Source: an uncultured candidate division Zixibacteria bacterium (GTDB lineage Bacteria > Zixibacteria > MSB-5A5 > UBA10806). From it: a DNA stretch of 64,000 bases. The notes under the pieces are model-generated. The model was not told where the DNA came from. It saw only the letters and a program-made list of their open reading frames with translations, and made no database searches. Both the position numbers and the translations under genes were made by a program. The stretch is taken from contig CAWDFP010000006.1 of NCBI GenBank assembly GCA_963801605.1, positions 960,001-1,024,000 of the forward strand, given 5' to 3'. Below, one piece after another: positions 1 through 9,738 of the stretch. The first letter of the stretch is position 1, and each line of letters begins with the position of its first letter.

Positions 1-426
1 TGCGATATCGTCGGCCATGACCCCCCAACCGCTTTGAAGCGATTCCCATTGCCTGGCTGGCGGAGGTTTGATAATATCAAAAACACGAAATAGTAAAAAT
101 CCGAGTACGTAGGCAAGTATGTAATGAGGCGCCATGAATAAAGCGGTCATCTGGCCGGCGACTTCATCGATAACGATTTTTCGGCCATCATGGCCATAGT
201 ACCGTTCGGCCTGTCCAGCAGCCCAGGCTCCAAATAAATATACCGCCAATATCAATATAAATTGTGCATACCAATGCTCCGGCCAGGTAAAGTACAGAAT
301 TATTACCGTAATAGCCGAGGCCCAGGTACCGGGAGCTTTGGGAAGATACCCCGAGAAAAAGAACGTGGCGCATAGCTTGGTGAACAAACCGCCCGGCGCT
401 ACAGTTTGCCTGTCGGCAGCACTCAT
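1..426 (-). CDS. pgpA: Phosphatidylglycerophosphatase A (3' end runs off the window)
   Basis: Hand translation of the minus strand from the ATG at 426 gives GYLPKAPGTWAS...HDGRKIVIDEVAGQ...FRVFDIIKP...GVMADDIA, which are PgpA motifs. It overlaps the pgsA stop (ATGA). Not in the ORF track because it is open at the edge. Confidence 0.92.
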   Translation of the reverse strand, partial: MSAADRQTVAPGGLFTKLCATFFFSGYLPKAPGTWASAITVIILYFTWPEHWYAQFILILAVYLFGAWAAGQAERYYGHDGRKIVIDEVAGQMTALFMAPHYILAYVLGFLLFRVFDIIKPPPARQWESLQSGWGVMADDIA

Positions 427-1028
427 CCCAACATCCCCTTGAGAAGCCCACCCGATTTTATCAGATAGTCTATCCCCGTCCAAACCGTAAGGATTAGGGG
501 CACAAAAAGAATGATATCGAAAAGATTGCATTGCCAGTACGTGATCGGCATGATCCAGACCAGGCTGTTTGCCTTGCCCTTTGGCGAAATTGATAACAGC
601 GGATCTAAAGTCGCGTATAGTAGAATAACCGCGATTGCGACCATTTGTGAGACTGTCTTCCATTTTGCCAATATCGATGGTGCAATCACCATTCCGCGAT
701 ACGCCGCTACCGAGCGCAAGCCTGTTATTAAAAATTCACGAACTATTATAATCATTACTATCCAGCCCCGAGCATAACCCAGAGTTACAAATGACAAAAA
801 TGCCGTAGATACGAGAATCTTATCCGCCAGAGGATCCATGAATCGGCCAAATCCGGAATTCATCCCCCAGCGGCGCGCCAGATAACCGTCGGCTAAATCC
901 GTCAGAGCGGCAATTATAAAGACAATGGTGGCAGCCAGTCGCCAGTAGAAACTTTCAAAAATGATAAGTATCATAAAGACCGGCGAGAGAAGAATCCTGG
1001 AAACGGTCAATAAATTGGGGAAATTCAT
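423..1028 (-). CDS. pgsA: CDP-diacylglycerol--glycerol-3-phosphate 3-phosphatidyltransferase
   Basis: PNLLTVSR N-terminus and the CDP-alcohol phosphotransferase motif DLADGYLAR...GRFMDPLADK. Confidence 0.95.
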   Translation of the reverse strand: MNFPNLLTVSRILLSPVFMILIIFESFYWRLAATIVFIIAALTDLADGYLARRWGMNSGFGRFMDPLADKILVSTAFLSFVTLGYARGWIVMIIIVREFLITGLRSVAAYRGMVIAPSILAKWKTVSQMVAIAVILLYATLDPLLSISPKGKANSLVWIMPITYWQCNLFDIILFVPLILTVWTGIDYLIKSGGLLKGMLG

Positions 1029-1085
1029 GCTCTCAATTTCCGGCTCGGATTAATTTTAACGGGTGTTTCAGCCTCACAGGGAATG

Positions 1086-1114
1086 AATTTAGCGGTAATT
1101 TGGCGGACAGTCAA
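1086..1114 (-). promoter_or_regulatory. Putative sigma70 promoter for pgsA-pgpA
   Basis: Minus strand TTGACT-17 nt-TAAATT, about 60 nt upstream of the pgsA start. Confidence 0.55.
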
Positions 1115-1409
1115 GCAAATCGAAAATTATGGTTTATGTCTTTTTGGGGATAATAATGGCGAAGTCAACCCGGCTTATATTGTTTCAACTGAAGTTTATA
1201 TTAGATCTAAGAAACCATGTCATCAATGACAATCATGGCACGGAACAACCGGCCAGGGGTCTTTTCTAAAAATTGAAACTATTCAGGTAACAACCAAAGC
1301 TCTTGTTAATAGGGAAATTGTTGAATGCATTATACGCCAAAAATAAATCAAGAACCTGACGAGATTGATTTACCAAATCCTCATCCCCTAAGGCACGCTA
1401 AAATAGAGT

Positions 1410-1742
1410 TTAGGCTGGTGGGCAATCAGGGCATGGATGTACGGCTGGCTGCATGCCCTTGAAATAACACACCATATAAGTAACATCTAAGCCATTAAAA
1501 GAGCAGGATCCGTTCACATCTCCAGCTACAAACCAGGGAGGTGGACAATCACATATATACGGAGGAGGGGGACCGCCTTTGAAATAACAAACCGAATAGA
1601 CAACATCTAATCCATTGAATGCGCCGTTATTATTAACATCTCCAACAACGTATTGGCAGCCCGGCCCTTTCTGAGCTGGCGAATTTAATGAAAGTACGGC
1701 AAGCAACAAGATTGTTAATACCCAGAATCTATTAATCTTCAC
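1410..1742 (-). CDS. Secreted stand-alone dockerin type I-like protein (copy 1)
   Basis: GTG start with AGGAGG RBS. Signal peptide, then two GDVNxxxxFNGLDVxYxVxYFKG EF-hand-like dockerin repeats, with CxC and CPxC cysteines. 110 aa. Confidence 0.8.
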   Translation of the reverse strand: MKINRFWVLTILLLAVLSLNSPAQKGPGCQYVVGDVNNNGAFNGLDVVYSVCYFKGGPPPPYICDCPPPWFVAGDVNGSCSFNGLDVTYMVCYFKGMQPAVHPCPDCPPA

Positions 1743-1918
1743 AATTCCTCCTATCAGCTAAAGTAATTACCGCGAATAGCCTTTAACTTTGGGGTTTACA
1801 TGGGTGGGCAAGCAGGGCAAGGATGCGGGGCTGGCCCGCCCTTTAAGTAGGTCACCATATACGTGACATCTATGCCGTTAAAAGAGCAGGATCCGTTCAC
1901 ATCTCCAGCTACAAACCA
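1495..1918. repeat. Exact direct repeats shared by the two dockerin genes
   Basis: A 41-nt identical segment at 1495-1535 and 1878-1918, and a 29-nt identical segment at 1632-1660 and 2018-2046. Confidence 0.85.
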
Positions 1919-2128
1919 TGGTTCTTCTGGACAATAACAAATATATGGAGGAGGCGAACCGCCCTTGAAGTAGATGACTGCATAAGTCACATCTATCCCG
2001 TTGAATGAGCCATTGCCATTAACATCTCCAACAACGTATTGGCAGCTTCCAGCTTCCAGAATTGGTGAATTTACAAAAAGCAAAACCAGCATTAAAATTA
2101 CGCCCGCCCAAGATTCCCTACTTCTCAT
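1796..2128 (-). CDS. Secreted stand-alone dockerin type I-like protein (copy 2)
   Basis: ATG at 2128 with GGAGG RBS. Signal peptide plus two GDVNG...FNGIDVTY...KGG repeats. Paralog of 1410..1742, also 110 aa. Confidence 0.8.
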   Translation of the reverse strand: MRSRESWAGVILMLVLLFVNSPILEAGSCQYVVGDVNGNGSFNGIDVTYAVIYFKGGSPPPYICYCPEEPWFVAGDVNGSCSFNGIDVTYMVTYLKGGPAPHPCPACPPM

Positions 2129-2394
2129 AATTCCTCCCATCAATTACCCCATTTTGCCTTGCGAATTATGGCAAAATGCTAAAGAGCGTCTGCTGTTTAT
2201 AAAGATTTTTGATATCCCAAACTGAAAGACAATAACAAATTACATAATTAATATAGCATGAGAAGAAATGGTGTCAATAATTATTTGCATTCAAACCAAT
2301 TCTACAACGAACTTAATATTCCGCTTGCCATTCTATCCGGAAAAACATTATTTGGTTTCCGGTTTGATGAACATGATTCTAAAGGAGTGTATAA

Positions 2395-4212
2395 ATGGTG
2401 CCAGAACAAAAAGCAAAGGCCCCCAGATGGGAAATAGATTCAATTTTCCCCGGTGGCTCAAAATCGCCCCAATTCGCTGAATTCCGTCAGAATATCGCCA
2501 GCGGAATAACAAAACTTACAAAGAGCTTCGATAAGCTGCCAAATAAACTCAATGAAGATTCCCGCGCCAAGTGGGCTAAATGGATACTGGAACTTCAAAA
2601 AACCTATGAAGAGCTGCACTTGGCCGGAGCCTTTGTCAGTTGCCTTACCAGTCAGAATGTCAATGATGAAGAAGCCATGCGAATCGATGCCGAGCTCGAT
2701 GAGATGGGGTCCAAATGGGGCATGCTAAAAGCCTCATTGGAATCTTTTTCGGTAAAACAATCGAACAAAGAGTGGCAAAAACTTATGGAGAAAAAGGGCA
2801 TCTCCGATATCAGCTTTTATCTTGACGAGATGCGCACCAAAGCCAAGCTTAAAATGCCAGAGGAGTTAGAAAAACTTGCCATTGAGCTTGCGGTTAATGG
2901 CTACCACACCTGGAATCGCATTTATGATAAAATGGCCGGTGACCTTCGAGTGACAATTGATGCCGATGGCCAGAAGAAAGAGATCTCTTTGGGCCAGAAC
3001 GCTCCCAGGATGTCTGATCCCAACCGTGACATTCGCCGCGAGGCTTTCGGGAAGATGGTTGGCGCCTGGGAAAGCCGAGCCAATTTGGCCGCTATAGCTC
3101 TTAATTCTCAGGCCGGTTTCCGTCTTTCAATCTATAAAAACCGCAATTGGGAATCACCTCTTTTTGAACCGCTGCTCAATGCCCGCATGAAACGCGAAAC
3201 TATTGATGCTATGTGGGATGCAGTTGTACAGGGCCGCCCCAAACTCGGGGCTTATATCAATTCCAAAAAAGCTCTAATGGGTACAGAAAAATTCTGCTGG
3301 TACGATCAGGAAGCGCCGCTTGGCAAATCGGTTAAAACCTTTTCGTTCGATGAAGCCGGCGATTTTATTGTTGAACACATTAAGAGCTTTTCCGACGAAA
3401 TGGGCCAATTTACTCGCAATGCTCTCGATAACCACTGGATCGAGGCCGAAGATCGTCCTGGAAAAGGAGCCGGCGGCTGGTGTTCCCGTATCCCAATCCG
3501 CAAGGAATCGCGTATCTTCATGACATTTACGGGAAATTTCCTGGGTCTAAGTACGTTGGCGCATGAACTGGGCCATGCCTATCATGGTTATGTGCTCAGA
3601 GAATCTCCGCCCTTTGCCTCGATTTATCCCATGAATCTGGCCGAAACCGCCTCGATCTTCAACGAACTTCGCGTAACTGATGCCGCATTTGCAACTGCCA
3701 CCGATTACGATGAAAAATTAATGCTTGCCGATCAGAAACTTTCGAGCGCGCTTTCGTTTCTTTCCAATATCCACGCCCGCTTCATTTTCGACAGCAGGTT
3801 TTATGAAGCGCGTAAAAAATCTGTTTTAACAAAAGATCAATTAAATGAGATGATGAAAGAGGCGCAGAAGGAAGCTTTCTTTGGTATCCTCGATGAAGAG
3901 GAAGGTTATCATCCGCTCTTCTGGGCATCGAAGCTGCATTTCTATATCACCGGCGCGCCATTCTATAATTTCCCCTATACTTTTGGCTATCTGTTCGCTA
4001 ACGGAGTATATGACCGTGCGGTTAAGGAGGGAAAAGCATTCGCCGGTTCATATCGGGCTCTTCTGGCCGATACCGGCCGCATGACGACTGAACAAGTGGC
4101 TCAAAAACATTTGGGAGTCGATCTTTCCAAGCCCGATTTCTGGCGTGATGCGGTCTCGCGCGTTCTGGCTAATGTCGAGCCGTTCGTTAAGCTGGTCAAC
4201 CAAAAAGGCTAA
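2395..4212 (+). CDS. pepF: M3 family oligoendopeptidase F
   Basis: TLAHELGHAYH zinc motif, GKGAGGWC, AETASIFNE, FYNFPYTFG. AAGGAG RBS. Confidence 0.9.
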   Translation: MVPEQKAKAPRWEIDSIFPGGSKSPQFAEFRQNIASGITKLTKSFDKLPNKLNEDSRAKWAKWILELQKTYEELHLAGAFVSCLTSQNVNDEEAMRIDAELDEMGSKWGMLKASLESFSVKQSNKEWQKLMEKKGISDISFYLDEMRTKAKLKMPEELEKLAIELAVNGYHTWNRIYDKMAGDLRVTIDADGQKKEISLGQNAPRMSDPNRDIRREAFGKMVGAWESRANLAAIALNSQAGFRLSIYKNRNWESPLFEPLLNARMKRETIDAMWDAVVQGRPKLGAYINSKKALMGTEKFCWYDQEAPLGKSVKTFSFDEAGDFIVEHIKSFSDEMGQFTRNALDNHWIEAEDRPGKGAGGWCSRIPIRKESRIFMTFTGNFLGLSTLAHELGHAYHGYVLRESPPFASIYPMNLAETASIFNELRVTDAAFATATDYDEKLMLADQKLSSALSFLSNIHARFIFDSRFYEARKKSVLTKDQLNEMMKEAQKEAFFGILDEEEGYHPLFWASKLHFYITGAPFYNFPYTFGYLFANGVYDRAVKEGKAFAGSYRALLADTGRMTTEQVAQKHLGVDLSKPDFWRDAVSRVLANVEPFVKLVNQKG

Positions 4213-4272
4213 TACTATACTTTTTTAATGCCCCGGGATGGAGCTTTGCGACATCCTGAGGCTTTAACTTTA

Positions 4273-4310
4273 CCAAAAGCGGCATCTTATGTTGTCGCCT
4301 TTTGGCTTTT
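4273..4310 (+). terminator. Probable intrinsic terminator after pepF
   Basis: Imperfect stem ccaaaagcggca...tgtcgccttttgg followed by a T run. Confidence 0.5.
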
Positions 4311-4393
4311 ATAATCCCATTTTTTTAAGAGAATTCAATTGCCTTATTAATTATCTGTCCTTAGTTTGGCGCAGGTAGTAAAGGAGCGTGGTA

Positions 4394-4855
4394 ATGCAGT
4401 ATCTAAGAGTATTATTCGGCTATAATGCGAAATTTGCAGACGATATAATTAAGGCGATGAGAACCCTCGATCAAAAAAGGTTTATCGAGGAAAAGGTATC
4501 GTCCTGGGGCTCGCTTCGAAATCTGGTAATGCATTTAATCGAAGTCGAAGACTACTGGATTAATAAGGTGATTACATCCGGCGAATTTCAACCATACAAT
4601 TTTGAAAACTTTACAGATCTCGATACGATCGAAAAGCAATGGAAACAAATTGACGCCGATATCATCCGTTTCCTTGAAAACCTGACGCCCGAGGAGCTTA
4701 ATACCGAAAGAGCTGTCCAGTGGGATAAGGAGTATTCCTACCCCCTTGAGAGGATTTTGCACCATCTCTATACTCATACTGCCCATACTCGGGGACAGGT
4801 AGTGGCCGGAATTCGTATCCTGGGCGGCGATGTCCCCTCCGTGGATATCATATAA
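4394..4855 (+). CDS. DinB/YfiT family protein
   Basis: SLRNLVMHLIEVEDYW and HLYTHTAHTRGQV His triad. The ATG at 4394 is well spaced from AAGGAG. Confidence 0.85.
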   Translation: MQYLRVLFGYNAKFADDIIKAMRTLDQKRFIEEKVSSWGSLRNLVMHLIEVEDYWINKVITSGEFQPYNFENFTDLDTIEKQWKQIDADIIRFLENLTPEELNTERAVQWDKEYSYPLERILHHLYTHTAHTRGQVVAGIRILGGDVPSVDII

Positions 4856-5118
4856 TAGTTATGAGTTTCGAACTGTGAGTTGCGAAGGAATTACTGAAAG
4901 TTTCCAACATCGATAAACTGTACGCCATAAAAAACAGCTTTTTGCGCTTAGGATGCAATATTGTAACATATTGTTAGATGGTCGCATATCCCTATCAATC
5001 TGGCGATTTGACAGCGTTGACGGGGAACAACAAGATGCGAAAACAGTTTACATTAATGGATGATTGGGGTATATTATTTTTTTGGGAAAATTTGATGTGA
5101 CCAATAAAGGAGGCTGAT

Positions 5119-5436
5119 TTGCTAAGTGGATTGATTTTAATGGGTACTCCCCCGCAGGGCGGAGGATCCGGCGGTGCTGGTGGTGGAATATCGCTGATCA
5201 TAATGTTCGCGTTGATTTTTGGATTTATGTACTTTTTTATGATTCGGCCCCAGCAAAAAAAGGAAAAACAACGTCAAAAGATGATCGCCGAGCTTAAAAA
5301 AGGAGATAAGGTCCTGACTAATTCCGGGATTATCGGAGTTATTTGGAATATCAAAGATAACGCTATTGTCTTAAAAGTAGATGACGAAGCGAAAATCGAG
5401 TTTGTCAAAAGCGCCATAGCCGGCAAGATGGATTAA
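5119..5436 (+). CDS. yajC: Preprotein translocase subunit YajC
   Basis: TM helix followed by YFFMIRPQQKK...LKKGDKVLTNSGIIG. TTG start with AAGGAGG RBS. Confidence 0.93.
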   Translation: MLSGLILMGTPPQGGGSGGAGGGISLIIMFALIFGFMYFFMIRPQQKKEKQRQKMIAELKKGDKVLTNSGIIGVIWNIKDNAIVLKVDDEAKIEFVKSAIAGKMD

Positions 5437-5446
5437 ATTTAAGGGG

Positions 5447-5971
5447 TTGTTAGGCTTGTCAGTAATATCTATTAAAATTTATGGAGAGCAAGTTCTCCGC
5501 GAGAAGTCAAAGGCTGTCGAGAATATCAACGGCGAATTAGTTAAGTTTTTGAACGATATGAACGAATCGATGCAGGCCGCTAAAGGATTGGGTCTCGCAG
5601 CCAATCAGGTTGGTAGAACGATCCGGGCCTTTGCAATTGATTTAAGCCATTTCGACGTTTTGGCCGAACCCAAGATCATTGTCAATCCCGAGATCATGGA
5701 AACGTCCGGGGAAATTATTACTGGCGAAGAGGGATGTTTGTCGTTCCCCGGATTATATCAGATGATCCCGCGGCCCAACAAAGTTACCATTAAAACGCTC
5801 AATCTCGATGGCAAAGAAAATTATTTTGAGGCCGAGGGACTGATCGCCAGAGTTATCCAGCATGAGATCGATCACCTCGACGGCGTGCTTTTTATCGATA
5901 AGCTCACGTCTGCGCAACGCAGCCTTATCAAGAGCAAGCTTACGAGGATAAAGGCCGGCGAAAGGGTATAA
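5447..5971 (+). CDS. def: Peptide deformylase
   Basis: GLGLAANQ, EGCLS and QHEIDHLDG motifs. Exact start uncertain. Confidence 0.95.
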   Translation: MLGLSVISIKIYGEQVLREKSKAVENINGELVKFLNDMNESMQAAKGLGLAANQVGRTIRAFAIDLSHFDVLAEPKIIVNPEIMETSGEIITGEEGCLSFPGLYQMIPRPNKVTIKTLNLDGKENYFEAEGLIARVIQHEIDHLDGVLFIDKLTSAQRSLIKSKLTRIKAGERV

Positions 5972-6930
5972 TGAGGCTTGTCTATTTTGGGACACCTGAT
6001 TTTGCCTCACGATGCCTGGAAAAAATTTTATTATCGAAACACCAGGTGGTGGCTGTAGTAACCGCCCCCGATAAGCCCAGGGGACGTGGCATGAAAGTCG
6101 AACCGTCGGAGGTTAAACGATTTGCCCGGGAGCGAGGACTTGATATCCTCCAACCCGATAATCTTAAGGATGCGACGTTTCTCCAAAACTTATCGTCTTA
6201 TAAAGCTGACCTGTTTGTAGTGGTTGCTTTCAGGATTTTGCCTGAAGAGGTTTTTACGTTGCCGCCCAAAGGAAGTATCAACTTGCATGGTTCCCTGCTG
6301 CCCAAATATCGCGGCGCCGCTCCTATCAATTGGGCGATCATCAACGGAGAAAAGGAAACCGGGCTTACCACCTTCTTTCTCCGCAAATCGGTTGATACCG
6401 GAAATATAATCAAGCAGGCAAAAACTACGATTGGCCCGGATGAAACATTTGGGGAACTGCATGATCGCCTGGCGGCTCTCGGCGGAGAGCTATTGATTCA
6501 AACTATGGATTTGATAGACGCTGGCAATATAAATCCGCTTCTTCAGGATAGTAGTCAGGCTACACCAGCCCCCAAGCTTAATCCGGAGATGGGAAATATC
6601 GACTGGTCGAAATCCGCCCGTCAGGTTCATAACCTGGTACGTGGGCTATCGCCCCGTCCGGGAGCTTATTCTTTTAGAAATGATAAAAAGATTTTGATTC
6701 AGCGAACCCGGCCGATCGATCTCGATGTTGTGAATTGCAAGCCCGGTCAGGTGGTGCAGGCTGATCCTCAGAAAGGGATCGTTATAGCCTGCGGCGCGGG
6801 CGGAATCGAGATATTGGAACTGAAACCGCAATCCGGCAAGGCGATCACCGGAGCGGAATTTGTCAGAGGTTATAGAATGATCGTCGGAGAGGTATTTGAA
6901 AGAGAACTTGGAAACAAAAAAGAATTCTGA
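5971..6930 (+). CDS. fmt: Methionyl-tRNA formyltransferase
   Basis: FGTPDFA, NLHGSLLPKYRGAAPI. Coupled to def. Confidence 0.96.
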   Translation: MRLVYFGTPDFASRCLEKILLSKHQVVAVVTAPDKPRGRGMKVEPSEVKRFARERGLDILQPDNLKDATFLQNLSSYKADLFVVVAFRILPEEVFTLPPKGSINLHGSLLPKYRGAAPINWAIINGEKETGLTTFFLRKSVDTGNIIKQAKTTIGPDETFGELHDRLAALGGELLIQTMDLIDAGNINPLLQDSSQATPAPKLNPEMGNIDWSKSARQVHNLVRGLSPRPGAYSFRNDKKILIQRTRPIDLDVVNCKPGQVVQADPQKGIVIACGAGGIEILELKPQSGKAITGAEFVRGYRMIVGEVFERELGNKKEF

Positions 6931-8477
6931 AATATATGTTAACGTAACCGATTACGAGACGCGTATCGGGGTGGTCGAACAGGGGAAGCTTGTCGAGCTC
7001 CTGGTTGAGCGTCCCGAAAAAGAGCGCATAGTCGGAAATATCTACAAGGGAAAGGTAACCGCTGTCCTGCCGGGAATACAGGCGGCCTTTGTCGATATCG
7101 GTATGGAAAAGGCGGGATTTCTGCATTTCTCCGACACCTCCGACTACCAGGGTGAGAAAAACCTTCTATTCGATATGGATTACGTCGATGAGGAAACTCT
7201 CGATACCCCGCGGGTGACCGCTCGCAGGAGATCATCGGTAATTACCGATTTTATCAAGAAGGGTCAGGAACTGCTGGTTCAGGTTATCAAAGGAACCTAT
7301 AAATAATAAAGGTCCTCGTCTGACAACCCAGATATCTCTTCCGGGTCGCTATGTAGTCATGGTTCCCGGCGGAAAACATGTGGGCATATCAAAAAAAATA
7401 TCGAATAGCACAGAAAAGAAAAGACTTCGCAAAATAGTAGGCGAGCTGAAGCCTCCTCATTTCGGAATCATTGTTCGGACCGTAGCCGAAGGAAAAGATC
7501 AGAAAGATTTCAAGGCCGATATGTCGCTTCTGACCAAACTTTGGTCGAAGATGAAGAAGAAGGTCGAGGAATCGAAAGCTCCTGACCTGGTACATAAAGA
7601 GATGGAGATTACAGGTGGGATCATCAGGGATCTCTTAACTCCCGATGTGACTCGCCTGGTGGTCGACAATAAAAAAGAGTATCTCCAAATCATAAAATAT
7701 CTACGAGTATTGGATCCCAGGCTCTGCTCCAGTGTCGAGCATTACCAGGACCCCGAACCGCTGTTCGATAAGTATGGAATCGAACCCGAGATCGACAAAA
7801 TGCTCGATCGCAAGGTTTGGCTTAAAGGTGGCGCTAATATTGTCATCGATCAGACCGAAGCTCTGGTAACAGTTGATGTCAATACCGGCCGTTTAAGCGC
7901 CAAAAGCAAAGGCGAGGACGCTATTTACCGCGCTAATATCGAGGCTGCCCGCGAAATCGCCCGTCAGATCAGGCTTCGCGATATTGGCGGTATCCTGATT
8001 ATCGATTTTATCGATATGCAGGATAGAGAAAACCGTCGGCGGGTTTACGATGAATTCAAAAACGCCCTGTCCCATGACCGTTCAGAAAATTACATTTCAT
8101 CGATCTCCGATTTGGGCCTGGTGGAAATGACCCGCGAACGAATCAGACCGTCGTTTATGCATACCTTTTCGGATTCCTGTCCGATATGCGGAGGCGTGGG
8201 ACGAGTTTTATCGCGGGAATCAATGGCGGTGAAGATCGAACGCTGGTTTAAGCGCGCCACAATGACCTCTCGCAACAGACATTACCAGCTCATCGCCAAT
8301 CCGCAGGTTGGCGAGATTCTTCTGGCGGGCAATCCAACGCGCATGCGAAATATGGAACGAAACAACAAACTCAAGATCGATCTCATAGTCGATACCTCGC
8401 TTCATCCGGAAATGTTCAAGGTAATTGATATGAATACCGAGGTCGACATGACAGAAAAATTTAAAGCGCCGGCATAA
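6908..8477 (+). CDS. Rne/Rng family ribonuclease (one +1 frameshift near 7290 as assembled)
   Basis: GNIYKGKV...QAAFVDIG S1 domain and DVNTG, LRDIGG, IDFIDM catalytic motifs. Removing one A in atcaaaggaacct restores the conserved VIKEPINNKGPRLTT and joins the two ORF-track pieces. Confidence 0.9.
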
Positions 8478-8551
8478 TTTATCGGTAGCTTTTGTGTCAG
8501 ACGAAACATGAGCGATTTATATCAGCGTTAGTTCTTTAAGGCTCCCATCGA

Positions 8552-9709
8552 GTGCAAGATAAATCCAAAAGTTTATTGGTATTTCAGTTTGCCGTTTATG
8601 CGCTTGCAGTTACGGCTCCTCTATTACGAGCCTTAACTCAGGCACTGATAATTTCGGTTTTAATACTTGGAATTTGCCTCTGGATTCGACGCCAGAAAGC
8701 CCAGGTGTTGCCTCGCTGGGAATCGATTACCCTTATTATTTTCTTGGTGTTAATTATCGTCTCGGCTTTTGTCGGTGGGCTTAACATGTCGGGCCAGCAA
8801 ATGGGGAAGACCTTGGTTTTACTTGCTTTATTTCCCTTAATTGCCTATTCGGCGAATTTGTCAAAAAGAACGATTGTGGAATTGCTGCTTTGGGCAACAG
8901 TTATAGTTTCGGTGCTCGCAGTCTATAACTATTTCAAAGATAGTCTTGACCGGGCGGCGGCTCTTTCGAGCGGATATACAACCCTGGCTCTTTTTGAAGC
9001 TGCGATGCTTCCGTTGGGCTTAGTGTTTTTCTGGCAGGAACGGGGATTGAATAGATGGCTCTATGCCGGAGCTATCATAATAATGGCGCTGGGGCTTTTT
9101 TTGACGCAAACCAGATCCGGATGGCTGGCAGCGTTAATAGGTTTTGTAATCGTAGGATATTATCTCGCGAAAAAGGCAGCTGTTATCACGTTAATAGCCG
9201 TTCTGGCAATTGTGGCGATATTGCCTCAAACCAGATTTCTCATTGAAAAGAGGATTGGAAATGATAAGCCCGGAGGCTTTACCAGTGGCCGGGCGGTTCT
9301 CTGGAATTACGCTCTCACTCCTCTTTCGCATCTGCCCCCGATGGGATATGGCCCGGGAAGCTTTACCAGGCTGATGCCGCCGGAGGAGTTGAAAAAGACC
9401 GGCGATCTCAGCATAAGAAGCTGGCATTCGACGCCGCTTGAAATTTTGCTGGAATCCGGCCCTCTGGCGCTTTTGGCCTTTCTCATTTTCATGGGTTTTG
9501 CTATAGCGCGCTCCTGGCGGAGCTATTTTAGGGCTCAAACGCGGAATCCTATTTATTTGGGAATTTTCGCATCCCTCATAGTTTTGTATATTTCGAGCCT
9601 CACGACCAATATTTTCCGTGATTTAATGCTAACCGTGTGTCTGACGATCCTATTGTCGCTGGCTCTAAAACCGATTGAAATAATTGACGATATTCAGGTT
9701 TACCATTAA
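8552..9709 (+). CDS. O-antigen ligase / Wzy_C family polytopic membrane protein
   Basis: About 10-12 hydrophobic segments with LTQTRSGWLA, SGRAVLW, GYGPGSF and HSTPLEILLESG, the pattern of the Wzy_C family. Confidence 0.8.
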   Translation: MQDKSKSLLVFQFAVYALAVTAPLLRALTQALIISVLILGICLWIRRQKAQVLPRWESITLIIFLVLIIVSAFVGGLNMSGQQMGKTLVLLALFPLIAYSANLSKRTIVELLLWATVIVSVLAVYNYFKDSLDRAAALSSGYTTLALFEAAMLPLGLVFFWQERGLNRWLYAGAIIIMALGLFLTQTRSGWLAALIGFVIVGYYLAKKAAVITLIAVLAIVAILPQTRFLIEKRIGNDKPGGFTSGRAVLWNYALTPLSHLPPMGYGPGSFTRLMPPEELKKTGDLSIRSWHSTPLEILLESGPLALLAFLIFMGFAIARSWRSYFRAQTRNPIYLGIFASLIVLYISSLTTNIFRDLMLTVCLTILLSLALKPIEIIDDIQVYH

Positions 9710-9738
9710 AGTTATGATTGAAAGGTGATGATTGCAAA

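Noticed and set aside
188..451. 87-aa minus-strand ORF from the track
   Set aside because: Wrong frame. The overlapping open frame 426..1 encodes PgpA.
1410..2128. CRISPR-like or TR/VR repeat pair
   Set aside because: The repeats lie in-frame within paralogous coding sequence, occur only twice, and have no spacers or adenine-specific variation.
2150..2178. Inverted repeat cattttgcc-N11-ggcaaaatg upstream of the dockerin genes
   Set aside because: A single 9-bp pair with no second instance found. It could be an operator or 5' hairpin, but support is too thin.
7280..7320. Programmed frameshift in RNase E/G
   Set aside because: No canonical slippery heptamer. A single extra A explains it, and similar indels are widespread in the window.
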